DNA from: Nageia nagi
Lineage: Eukaryota > Plantae > Pinophyta
Reading direction: 5' to 3'
Length of the DNA: 64,000 nucleotides
Assembly (NCBI GenBank): GCA_050084985.1
Contig: JBITNC010000001.1
Span: forward strand, 51,956,001-52,020,000
In this document: in pieces, positions 36,330-49,162 of the stretch
Numbering within the stretch: position 1 is the stretch's first letter
Layout: every line of letters starts with the position of its first letter
Translations under genes and position numbers: made by a program
Notes under the pieces: model-generated
The model's input: the letters and a program-made list of their open reading frames with translations, nothing else
What the model was told of the DNA's origin: nothing
The model's database searches: none

Positions 36330-38790
36330 TTTACTCCATCTTTCATAAATATTTTCCTCTCTTTTAATATAGTCATTTCTTAAATGATAGGTTTGACATA
36401 CATCAAAGCAAGCTATGGTACCTACGAAATGCATGAGGAAGCTTGTCCTGAAGGTATTTTATAATGTATTTCTTCTTATTGGATATTGTGATATCATTAA
36501 ATGAATTGAATAGTTCTTGTAATAGGTTAAAATATTAGAAGTTAATTGGTTATTTTATGAGTTATATACCTCATAATTCCTTTATCTATAATTAGATTTA
36601 CTAGGCTTAACATCTTCATGGATAAAAGTTGAAGGAATCTAAAACCTCACGAAATGGCTTTTTACTTTCCATTTTCTAATCAAGTTCATGCCAAATCCAT
36701 CCTCAATAGAAGGCCATTATATGTCTACAATACACCTCTATTATTCTAACTATCAACTCAGGATTTTACTATCTTTGACGATATCTTAGCCAAAGATCTT
36801 ATTCGATTGGAATTATTATAGTTCTCTTTCCCACTATGTTCTTTGCTTCAAAATCTTGTTTCTTCATTAGGTGAGTTTATTTACATGGAGAAAAATATAT
36901 TTTATTCTATTCATCCCACCAATTCCCACCATTGTCTATATGTCAAAATAGATCTCTTGAAATATCTTAAGGAATCTATTAACCTCGAACTAGGTGATAC
37001 TATGATTCATCATAGAATTGTATATATCAATCTATCTAAAGCTTTCTATAGATATTAGTTTATTTCACATAAAATCAAGGATAACCCTTTGTTGGATGGC
37101 AAATTCAATACCCTTAGAACCTCATCTCCACCTACTCTTGCACCTTATACACCTATTCCAAAGCTATATAGTTCAAAATGAGATTTCTTTTTGTTCTCAT
37201 TAATATGGTAATTTAGATTTAATCTACATATGAAAGGGTAAATTATTTGATTTTATTCTTCAAATTATATACTCTTTTACATACAAGAGCAATCAAAGTT
37301 TTATTATTAGTCATAATCCTAGAAGAGGGGAAGCTATTAGTTTCATAACATCCAAGTTTAATGCAAGTTTTATCTTGTGTTTTATGGAACCATTTGAACA
37401 AACAATTTGAATCCTCTTGGAATTTAGAAACTATTATTTAGTATTATCAATCTATATGCTTCTAAATATACCAGTGAAAGATGTGTTTTATGCTATTAGT
37501 GTTCCTTGTCACTACCAATTATATGTGATGATTTTAGAATCAATAAGTGAGATACAGACAAGATAGATCATTTTCTAATGAATTGATTGATTTGGAAATC
37601 AAAGGCATAATATTTTATATAAAATAAAATTTTTCATGTATACCCTATTTCCTATTTCTCAATTTTATATTTTCCCAATGAAATTTTATTTACATGGTCT
37701 AGTTTTTTTGTCACACATGTTAAAATTATAAAATATGTATGCAAGGTTATGCTTTTAAACTAGCACTATATTCACTTTAATTAGAGGTCAACCTCTTTAT
37801 CTTTTATTGAATCTGTATTTGGTACCAACGCATGTGATCATGCTTCAATTTCAATTTTTGGTTACCTCCATCCCATCATTTTCAGGTTATTATAAGAGAT
37901 ATTTTTATCTTAATACTTATTTCTTAGAATACACTATCATGGCTTTCCATATCCACCAAGTATAGAATCTAGTCAATTACCATTGAACCTCTAGCTCTAA
38001 AGGTTGTATACAGTGGTAGAATAATTATATTACTCAAATGAATAACCTCTTATGTATTCTAAATCAAAAGTAGATCATCTTTAAATAAATATATCAATGA
38101 TAGTCTCTATGATGAGCTAACAAAAACCTTCATTTAATTAAACATTTACCCTTTAATACCCATGTTAAAATCATACATAAGGAAAATTAACCATGAGTTG
38201 AATAATATAAATATATATGAGGCTAGGAAAGCATTGATCAAAGCTCATTTGCACTAGCTCAAAGTGGATCATAGATTGACCGATGTGATTTTTCAAAATC
38301 TTTATCAATCCTAACACACTACTCAATTCAAATATATCAAATAGGGATGAATCGAATTTATGTCATTACCTTATATTTCAAGTGCCATTATGAGGTATTA
38401 TATCTACGTAGTTTCTATTCATTCTCTTAAACTTAAGTAATAGAAATACCTTACCTATTAGCTTGTTATGGAACCTATGAGAGTCTCAACTTTCTAATGG
38501 AAAAATCATGAGGAAGTTCTCTTTATGTATGATCGATACGAAATTATTTTTTAGGAAAGTATAAATTTAATCATTATGATATATAAGTAGAAATCTTATT
38601 GGAATTATTATATCTTGACTTTAATTGTAGGTGTTATTAGTACCACCATTATAAAAGGGTACCAAAAGGTTAATGAAAATTTATAGATTTTAAAATCTAC
38701 CATAATAGTGGTATTAACTTCCTTGCATGTTAAAGTTTTCTACAATGATCCAATTGAGATATATTATACAAAATTAAAAATCTCATTAAA
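36330..38790 (+). mobile_element. Degenerate L1-clade LINE (ORF1, endonuclease, start of RT)
   Basis: LQNLVSSLGEFIYME...YVKIDLLKYLKESINLELG...IVYINL (ORF1 pre-zinc-knuckle), IINLYAS, and CDHASI (endonuclease SDH motif, ~37834). Confidence 0.7.
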
Positions 38791-38828
38791 AGATATTTCT
38801 AATGACTAATTACATAAGAAATTTTATA

Positions 38829-39915
38829 TGATAAATGAATTCAAGATTTTTTTGTAAAAAAAAAAATGGATGAAATCAGTATATGAACACAACCATTACT
38901 AATGAAGAAATCAATCATTAAAAATAGAAAAGTTGATTTTTGTACAATGTTGAAGTTGGTCATAACCAATAGAAAGGTCACACAATATTTAAATTAACCA
39001 TCACTAATAGAAATGTTTTCCATTGGATATTGCTAAAGTTGACCATCCTGAATGGAAAAGTTGGTAGTTGCATAGTGTTGAAATAGAATATCACTAATAA
39101 AAATATTGACCATCATATAATATGGAAGTTTATAATTACCAATGAAAGTTTTAATCATTAGACATTATTCAATTTGTTTCTAACAAAAAATAAATTCAAC
39201 CATCACCAAAGGAAACTCATCATCAACAAAAATAAAGTTGATTGCTACCAAAGGTTGAAGTCATTTGACATAAAAATATAAATATCATATGAAATGCTCA
39301 TAAAGGTTTGTATACATATCCTATTGAGGTATACAATATATTTTTCAAAATATAAATATCTATTTAATTAGATGTTGTATGACATATTCTATCTCTTAAA
39401 ATGATAGTAGAAGTTGAAAGGTCATTGGAATACCCAAAATTGGTGGGCAACTCAAAAATAACTAGAATCCAAAAGGAAATAATAGGTTGATGGAAGGGAA
39501 AGAGTAATTTTTTAGTATCTATAAATAAGAGTCTTGCACCTCACTTATATAGCAATGAAGGATATTCAAAAGATTTTTTAGGAGTTATAGTAATAAAGGT
39601 TTATTGCAAATTGTTCTCTAATTCTTTCGAGTGATTTGGTAGTTTATTATAGTAGCAATATGTTATGAACCTTCTATGATCATGTATCATCATTATTTGA
39701 AATAATTAATAAAGATAATGATCTCTTTGATAGTGTTTTTTCCCCTTATAAGGGTTTAGTGATTATAAATCTTACTGTCTCATTTGAAGTGAATGGTTTG
39801 TTAATTTTATTATTGTATTTCAATAGTCAGTAGAATTTAAATTAAGATCACATATTGCATTCAATTGTAAAATTTTAAGTTATTGAAAAATATCATATTT
39901 TTTGTATCATGATCA
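38829..39915 (+). repeat. LTR of a Ty3/gypsy relic, with internal ~21/42-bp tandem repeats (38890-39260)
   Basis: tgata...atca ends, TATA (ctataaata, ~39519), followed by the decayed PBS tggtataaga (39918). Repeated aagttgaccatcaccaat-like units. Confidence 0.6.
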
Positions 39916-41620
39916 ATTGGTATAAGATAAATTTCATTTTTAAGTTATGTGCATGTAATTCAAAAAGTCTTAATAAGGATTTTTCATTTCACATGATTAA
40001 AAATTGCAAGAAAGATGACTAAAAATTTAATGGATGAAGAAAAAATTATCCAATAATAAATATCTTTATACATTTCATGCAACTCATAAAGATGAGGGGA
40101 ATTATGTTATAAGATGATTAAATTTATCCAAACATTGAGGTATCTGGTAAGACAATATATTTAGAGAGGAATAGTATGAGAGTAAATAAATATCAATAAA
40201 ATTCTAAAAAAAAAAGTAGTAGAAAGAATACATAAAATTTATAAATGCAAAATAAAAATCCAAGAGAGAAAACTTATAAAATAATGTATAAGGATGAAAG
40301 GCATTTTGATCATTACAATGTTAATGGACATGGAACTGAGAATATAAAAGATTTATTGGCACAATAGAGTTTGTAGAAAGGTTAGCTTGTATTACCATGT
40401 AAGAAAAAATAAAGTTGTATACTTTAGAGGCTCACAAAAATGTCCAAATTAATATTTTGAAGGAGAATTTTGCTTTGGATTGAGCTAAAGAAGAATTATT
40501 TTTGTCATATAGCCAATTGAAGATGACAAATTTAGTTACATTCTATAATTATAGATAATAATAAAATATAATCTTAGAAAAATTAATATAATACTTTGTA
40601 TTGGAGGAAAAACCATATCCTCAATAATATCCTTTAGGATTTTTAAATAAAATGTTGAGTATCATATTATTAAAAAAAGTACTTTGATATTTTTATGTTG
40701 AAAGTAAAATAAATTTATGGTAATATATTATCTTGTATAACTAGATATATATCAACTTATCTTTTTTAGCCTTTTTCTATGGGAAGGAGATACTACTTCG
40801 TATAGAGGGTTAAACATGTCAAGGTTGGTTAAATATAGAAAAGGATTCAAATTTCATCCTTATAAAGGAAAAAAGAATTTTTCATTTGTGACTTCTCAAG
40901 AAATAAAGAAGATGGTTAACATAGTAAGATATTCATTCTTCTCATGGTTAGAGTTGTACTTGAGGAGTTGGAGATTGATATACATGAAGTAGAGGTAACT
41001 TGTTATACTTATCAATAAAATAAAGAGATAATATAGATACTCTTATAGTTCCTAAATCTTATGAAAGAACCCCATGGCATACCAATAGAAAGGGATCTAG
41101 AAGCTAAAATTCAACTATTACCAAATTAAAAAGTGTGTAATATTGGGATGTATAGATATTTTGTATTAGAGTCTAATGAGGTGAAGAGATAAGAAACATA
41201 AATATAGGAAGAAGATATTGTTAAGACTAGTGCATCACCTCAAAGTTAATATTATTAGTTTTATTTTTAAGATGGATAGTAATTATATTATGTGCATTTA
41301 TTATTCAATACTCAATTAAATCATTATCAAAAATAGATATCTCATTCTTTATGTTAATGATTTATTTGATCAATTGATGCATACAAAATATTTTACCAAA
41401 CATAATTTGAAATTATATTATAATGAAGAATGAAGCATTTAGAAAAGACCTTCAAGAAATAATAATTTATTTATGAGTAGCTAGTCATGGAATTTTGACT
41501 AACTAATGCTCTAGCAACATTAATGAGAAGGATAAATGATGTATTTAATCTTATTTGAGATAAATGTACACTAGTATTTTTTCATAGATGTCTAGTCACT
41601 CAAACGTGTTATATCTTTTG
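39916..41620 (+). mobile_element. Ty3/gypsy internal region relic (gag-pol to RT)
   Basis: RYLILYVNDLFDQL..KYFTK, KTF and LTNALATLMRRINDVF at 41330-41550 match the gypsy RT 'YPxPxIDDLFDQL...FGLTNAPATFMR'. Confidence 0.75.
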
Positions 41621-43472
41621 AGCTACTAAATAAAGTTTATTTCCCTAAATATTTATATTTTTTTCATTAAGGAGAATTTATTTCAATACAATTTTCCACA
41701 ATATGGTTTATTAATTCACCATTAATCATATTGTAACTAGATTAGAGAATTTAATGCAATATTCACTACATGCTTTCAAATAATTATCCACATATGAACA
41801 CATTAAGGTTCTTGAATCATCATTTATTTCAATATAGTTTTATAAATTTATTGGATCCACTTATAAGCATAAACATTGAATGAAGAAAAATATACTTGGA
41901 TCTTGACTTACCATAAATAACTTACAAGTATGTCATGAACACAAGGGCTATCTACCTTGGTAATATTTGGTACATAATTACATTTATTTTCATATGATTA
42001 TAAAGAAATGGGTAATGGAATTCTCCAATTCTCTAACAAGTATCATGTTGATAATGTTACAATGAGACTAAGAATAACCCTAATTATGGTATACATCAAG
42101 TGTTTCATAAAACTATATATGATACATTAATTTCATCAACATGTAAATTTTATATCCATGTAGAACTATAACATAGAAGGTCTTCGATTCATCCTCATCC
42201 AATTGGTGTATCTTCTTATCATCCCTCTTGCATGATCATACAAAGGATTCAAGAATTGTTGGATATAAGTATTAAGAAAGGTTTTAGAGTAATTAAGGAT
42301 CAGGATAGCTCTTTTCATGAAAAATTCATCCTACCCTAGATGCATCACATCTCATTCTTTCAATCTTTCACTTTCAATCAATTTCATGTAAGAAATCAAA
42401 CAAACAATACTCTATTCTTAATCTTGGGAGGTTTTATGCTCTTACTAGAACTACCTTCGTTCCTCGATCATAGAGTATAATTTTAATTTTACAAACATCC
42501 AATATAAAGCATTTTGAAGAAAGTACTATTAATAATTGTCTATTATGCATTTATTAAAAAGGATAAATGAATCCATAATATCCTCAAAAATAAAGGTCCA
42601 CTAAACATTCATCAAGAAATATTAATAAATCATTAACTTATATTCATGCCTTCTTCCACTTATTATTTTATTATAGAGGAAATAAATTTATGATTGATCA
42701 TGTAATGATTTAAATTTAAAATAATTTTAATACCATAATTTTAATCCTATAATAATACTAAAGATATTACAATATTCAAAGCTCAAATAAACTTTTAAAT
42801 TCCTTGAATTAGTAGTCAAAGGATTAATTATCCAATCAATTTAATTATCTTCTATTAGGTTTAATGAGGCTTTGAGAGGTTGAAAAATACAAAATCAACA
42901 ATGTACCCATCACATCCATAAATAATTTCCTTATTCATAATGACAAAGTTTTTCATCCATAATAAAGTCATTTAGAGGAGCTCGCATTGTAGAGGGTCTT
43001 GTGTTGTCTCCAAACCTTAGAATGGCTCATTAGAATTTAGGAATACTATGCCATGATTTATAAACCTAGCCCTGCATTGATTCCAGTCGTATAGTTGACA
43101 TAGTAGGGGTTTAAATAAAAGGAGACACAAAAATATAAAAATTTGTGATAGAGATGTGTATGGTTTAATGTTTTGTACCAAAAGAGGTGATACTCACATA
43201 TGCTATGATTGTCATTATTTGATAATGCTCATGCTCCTCCCAAGCATCCATACTAAAGTAGTAAGATGTTATGCTTGCCCCAATCTCTTAGAGAATAGAA
43301 GCTATCATATATATATTTATGAGTAAAAATAGCATGGACTTTAAAGGTGAATGAAGGAGTCCCATAGGTTAGAGTTTACTAGTGAATGAAGAATGCCCAA
43401 AGGATGGAATACGCTTAATAGCTAGCGCTAACTTACACCATGTAATCTATGAAGATTGTCTCAGGTGCCTGA

Positions 43473-43947
43473 TGTTAGGAATATATATTATTCAAGCAAA
43501 ATATAATGTGCAATAAACCTTATAGAAGTAAATAAAAAAAATTTAGAATTCAATCACATAAGAGATCAACACAAATTTAACGAGGTTCACTCGGTGTGGG
43601 CTATGTCCCTAGAGAAACAACTAGTTAGATCTTTATCATAGTACAAAATAATAAAGGGATTACAATCTGCATCAACTAGATGCACAATCTCCTAAGTCTC
43701 TCACAAGCTTTGTCAAACTCCTGTATGCTTAAATCCTAACACACTTTTAAAACATTACACCTTTTATTCTTCATACAAAATCCTCTTTATAAAAAGAGTT
43801 TACAATCTGTGACCTAATATCAATGGTCTAGATTACAATTTGTAACCTAATAATAATGGTTTAGATTTATCATGAAAATTAGCATCCACTTCATAGGAAA
43901 TCATAGTGCTTCATTGTACAAAGTTGTACAATATCCATATTTCAACA
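43473..43947 (-). repeat. 3' LTR (~475 bp) of the Tork-like element
   Basis: tgttagg...ttcaaca, adjacent to the PPT at 43948-43960. Confidence 0.85.
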
Positions 43948-46900
43948 ATCTCCCACTTGGAGACTGTTCATAGAAACTCATCATTTTTGCACTTGTTGGG
44001 GATATCCCCAACCCTTAATGGTTTTATCAAACCAATTGTAGTTGAGCAAAAGTTCAACTTATCTTTCAAAACTGCTTTTGTCAACATATCTACAAATTTT
44101 CACTGGTATGTATCTTTTCTAGCTTTAATGATCCATCCTCCAATACTGATCATATCTAATGGTACCTAAGTTGAATGTGTTTGGTTCTTGAATTAAAAGC
44201 TAAATTCTTTGCAAGATGAATGACACTCTAGTTGTCACTCCACAACCTACGATCCTCTCATTTGTGCCCCAATTCTTCCATCAATATTTGAAGCCAAATG
44301 ATCTCCTTACTAGCCTTTGTAGCTGCAACATACTCTACCTTTGTTGTAGAAAATACCACAACCTACTGTAGCTTGGACACCCAACTCATAGCTATTCCAC
44401 CAATAGTGAAAACATAACTAGTGGTGTTCCTCCCACCATCTCTATCACCTACCATATCTAATTCTACAAAACCTTGTAAATGAGTATTAGTACCATTGAA
44501 ACATAAATAATGATTAGATGTACCTCTCAAATACTGAAATATCCATTTCATTGCTTTCTAATAGCATCTTTTAACAGGTTACTCATGTAACCTCAAACTC
44601 CCTACTGCTTGGGATAATATCAAGTCTAATGCAAATAGTAGCATACATTAAAATACCTAATAGCAGATGCATAAAGGACACCTTGGCCATTTAAGCTTTT
44701 TCTCCCTTATCATTTTCTAAGATACATCTCTTTGGTTAATTTAAAATGGTTTTTTTAAGAGGAAAGTTGTACTTATTTAGACTTCGATTAATGTTTTAAT
44801 GTAAACTCTCTTCAAAACTTTCTCTATGTACACCACTTGAGATACTCTAACTTCTAGTTCTTCCTATCTCTCGTGATTCTTATATTAAGGATTTGTTTTA
44901 TAGCCCCCAAATCTTTCATGGAAAAAGTGCTTACCAATGCCTTCTTGAGATCACTGATATCCTACATATTATTACTAGCTACAAGCATATCATCAACATA
45001 TAAAAGCAAGATAATGTAACTTCCATTACCTAATATTTTGAACTACACATAATGGTCTAAATAACACCTATCATAACCTAGATTCTACATGAACCTATCA
45101 AACTTCAAGTACCATTGTCTAGGAGCTTGTTTCAAACTTATAAGCTCTTCTTCAACTTGCAAATAAGGTTTTCCTTCCCCTTTACCTCATAACCCTCTAG
45201 TTGGTGCATATAGATTTCCTATTCCAAATCGCTATGGAGGAAAGCTATTTTAACATCAAGCTGCTCTAAATGCAAATCCTTTATTGCAACCAAGCTTAAT
45301 ATAGTACAAATAGAAGTAATCTACAAGAGAAAAAATCTCATCATAATTTATACCTTTCTTTTGTGCATATCCTTTCACAACAAGTCTTGCCTTGTATCTC
45401 TTGTTTTCTCCTACTTCTTCCTTTGCTATGTAGACCCATTTGTTGTGAAGGGCCTTCTTCCTAGTAGGTAGCTTAACCAAATCCCAAGTTTGGTTATGTA
45501 TGAGAGAATCCATCTCTTCATCCATTGCAAGCTCCCACTGCTTGTTGGTGTCCAACTATAAAGCTTCATCTAAACACTTTGGCTCACTAGCATCAATATA
45601 CAAAACATAATGAAGAGTAGGAGTATAACATTATGACAACTTACTTTCACTTGTAGGCATGATATAATCATAAAAATATTGAGGAATTTTACTTATCCTG
45701 GTAGATCTTCTAACAATAATTTTAGGGGATTGAGATACTTGTTGCTGCTATTATTGGAAATTTTATGGTAGATATTGTGGTGGATTTTGAGGGTCTTGGA
45801 CCTCATCTTTTACCCTCTGTACATTCTCCCAATTGACATCATCAAGCTCTACAAACTTGGAGTCATCTTCCTTTTCTTGCAATCTATCTTTATACAATCT
45901 TTTCTCATTAAAAATAACATCTTTACTCCTCATGACTTTTGGATTAGTATTATCCCATAATCTATAACCCAATTCATCTATTCCATAGCCAATGAAATAA
46001 CATTTCTATGAATTTGCATCTAACTTCTTTCTATTTTCCTTATCTATATGAGCATAAGCTTCACACCCAAAAACTTTAAGGAAGGAGTAGTTTATAGTTT
46101 TACCTATCCATATCTCTTCTAGAATCCCTCCATCCAAAGGAATGCAAGGTCCCCTATTGATCAAATAAATAGCAATGTCAACATAATTTGCCCACAAATA
46201 CAAAGGCAATCTAACATGTAATCTTATGCATCTTGCATGCTCCATAATGGTCCTATTCATTCTCTTAGAAACTCCATTTTCTTCAGGTGTTCTTGGAGTA
46301 ACCTTTATCCTTTTGATTCCATTTAAATAATAATAATTTTTAAAATTATTATTACAATATTCACCACCATTATTAGACTTGATACCTTTTAATTTCTTAC
46401 TAGTCTCATTCTCCATTAATGCCTTCCACTTTTGAAAAGTATCAAAGACATCAAATTTCTTACTAATACAGTAAACCCATATTTTTCTTGTAGCATCATC
46501 AATAAAAGGCACATTATAATTGGAACCAATGAGAGAAGTTACCTAAGCTATCCCCCATACATCTGTGTGAACCAATTCTAACTTTTCTTTATTCTTCTCT
46601 TTTCCAACTTTTAAGAATCTTACCCATTTTTGTTTATCATAAATGCAATCCTCACAAAACTCCAAATCCAATTCCTTGAGCTTTGGTAGTAATTTTTGTG
46701 AGTGCAAAAGCTTCATTCCCTTTTCACTCATGTGGCTTAATTTGTTGTGCCATATCTTGGAGTCTTCTCCTATACCAACAAAATTTATAAAGCAAATGGT
46801 TGAGTCAGTCATCAAACAAAGTGTACCAACCAATATACCTTTTCCAATCACCATAGGTCCTTTTGTTATCTTCTAGGAGCCCTCCCCAAAAGTGGTTTTA

Positions 46901-47908
46901 AAACCTTCTTTGTCAAGTTTGCTAATAGAAATTAAATTTATTTTCAATATGATAATATATCATGCTTTATTTACCACCATAAGAGTTCCATTTTCCATCC
47001 TCATGTTTATCTTTCCTTTTCCCTCAATCTTACAGAGACTATCATCTTCTAATTGAACCTCACCATAATTAGCTAGAGTAAACTCTACAAAATAATCTTT
47101 CTATGAGGTAGCAAGGTAAGATGAACCGAAATCTACAACCCAAAAATCATTTTTAATTTCTAAAGATAATATCAAAGCATCTTGATGAATTTCACTAGCT
47201 ATATTGGCTTTTGATTTATTACCTTTATTTTCATCATCTCCACCTTTTTCATTATTTATTCTATGTCAACAATCCTTTTTTAGATGACCTTTCTTACCAT
47301 AGTAATAACATTTAGCTTTTTCTTTTCCTCTTGGCTTGGATCTTCCTTTGGATTTTGCTCTATTCTAACTTCTACCTCTTCCATTCTACCTTCCTTTGTT
47401 TCTCTCAACCATCAACACCATTCTAGATGATGATGCCTCTCTTGACATTTTTCTCCACATACCTTCACTAAGAATAATGTTGATAACATCATCAAAAACT
47501 AACTTATTAGAAATAGATGTAGAATTACTTACTACCATACTATTCTAGCTCTCTAGTAGTGAGCACAAAATTAATAGAGCCCTGACTTCATCACCAAAAT
47601 CCAATCCTATTGAACTTAGCTGACTAGTTACAGTATTAAAAACATTTAAATGATCCTAAATGTCATCACCTTCATTCATTTGCATATTAAATAATTTCTT
47701 CATAAGAAAAACTTTATTGAAGGCCATCATGGTTTTCTCTTTAAATCCTTTATGGTTTTCTCTTTAGAAATATTGAAGGCCATCATGCTTGCTAGGCACA
47801 ATCTCACTATCCCCAATGCTTTATTATCTAACAAAGCCCAATCCTCATTAGATATCCCACTTGGTTTCTTTGCCTTACATTATAAATGTTGGTAGAGGTC
47901 CTTCTGAT
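43473..47908 (-). mobile_element. Tork/Tnt1-like Ty1/copia element, 5'-truncated by the duplication junction
   Basis: 3' LTR 43473-43947 and PPT ccaagtgggagat. Order gag (YQKDLY; knuckle CYYYGKKGHLKKDC), PR (WVVDFGSS), INT (WHNKLSHMSEKG, ELVHTDVWG, GGEY, TPEENGVS), RT (YKARLVVKG, YVDDML), RH (SWVSKLQ). Confidence 0.95.
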
Positions 47909-49162
47909 AGAAGGATGATCTTAAAAATCAGACCCCAACACTAGTAAGGGTGTATCTTGTTAATATTTCATAGTTTTTTAATTAGGTGTAACTCTTGTTT
48001 CAATGAAGATTTTGTGTTCAACATATATCAAATTTATTGATTATTCTAATATTTTATATTACCTTTTAAATTATTCAACTTATAGGTGCAGTTCAACATA
48101 TGTTTACCAATCCTAGGATTAATAGTTCATGTAGGTACATTTTCTTGAAAATTAAGAATCATTTGCACCTGTTAGTAAGCTCTATCAAATTAACTTTTGG
48201 CCAATGATATTATCCTCCAATTTGTGAGACTTTATATTTGAACAAAATACCTCTTTATGTCCAATGATAAGTATATAAAAAGATATCTAGTTTTTTTATA
48301 ACGTTTTATCCTTTCAACCATTTACTTATCTAAGTGAAATTATCTATCATGTTAAATGGTAGCTTACAGTTTCCTTATTGTTACTTCCTTATCTATTGAA
48401 TGTCATTGAAATTTCTATTAACAATATAATAAACATCAATATATTAAATAATCTAAGCTAAAATTTAATCCCAACATATCCTTTTATACTTTGAGAATTA
48501 TAGACTATAGACATTCAGTAGACAAAAATGTAGATTGAATTTTGAGATAATTTCCTATAACTATCATTTGTAAATAATTTACAAACTAGAGAGAAGAATG
48601 AAGTTTGCAATTATCCCATACAAATACATATCCCTCAATTTTACAATAGAGTCTTTTGTAAAAATAGTACATTTGGGAAAAAGAAAATTATATATTCCCA
48701 AATTACTAGTTGAGGAATGAAATTTTCCCTTATAATATTGTTGGGGGAATGAAGGCCCTATGTATGCCTTGAGGTTTGAATCATAAAGTTACTTGGGATT
48801 TTTAAAATAAATAAAAATTACCAAGTTTATATTTTATGCCTCCTTCCAACCCTTAATATTTTTTTTGTTGAACCTTCTCTATAGTGGGGTGTCCTCTTCT
48901 TTTCATGCATATACAAATGTTGGCCAACTTTTTTTAATTAATTGTTTACTTTAGTATATGTCCTTTGTAGATAACCTTGAGTAATGGTTGAAAGCTTCTA
49001 TGTATTACTACTTTATCCTCATTTTTAGGGTTTAAAGTTGAAGGAATAGTAATATCCATATTAATTTTCATCTCTTCAAGTGATATATTATGCTCTTCTA
49101 TTTCTTCCCATGTGGTTCCTTCTATTGGATCTAGGAGGATAATGGAGAGGAATTAAACCCAA

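Larger units (their letters stand above)
17781..47908 (+). repeat. Tandem segmental duplication, unit 1 (30,128 bp)
   Basis: agaaggatgatcttaaaaatcagacccc at 17781 recurs at 47909. The ORF track repeats at offsets of 30128/30129. Confidence 0.97.
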
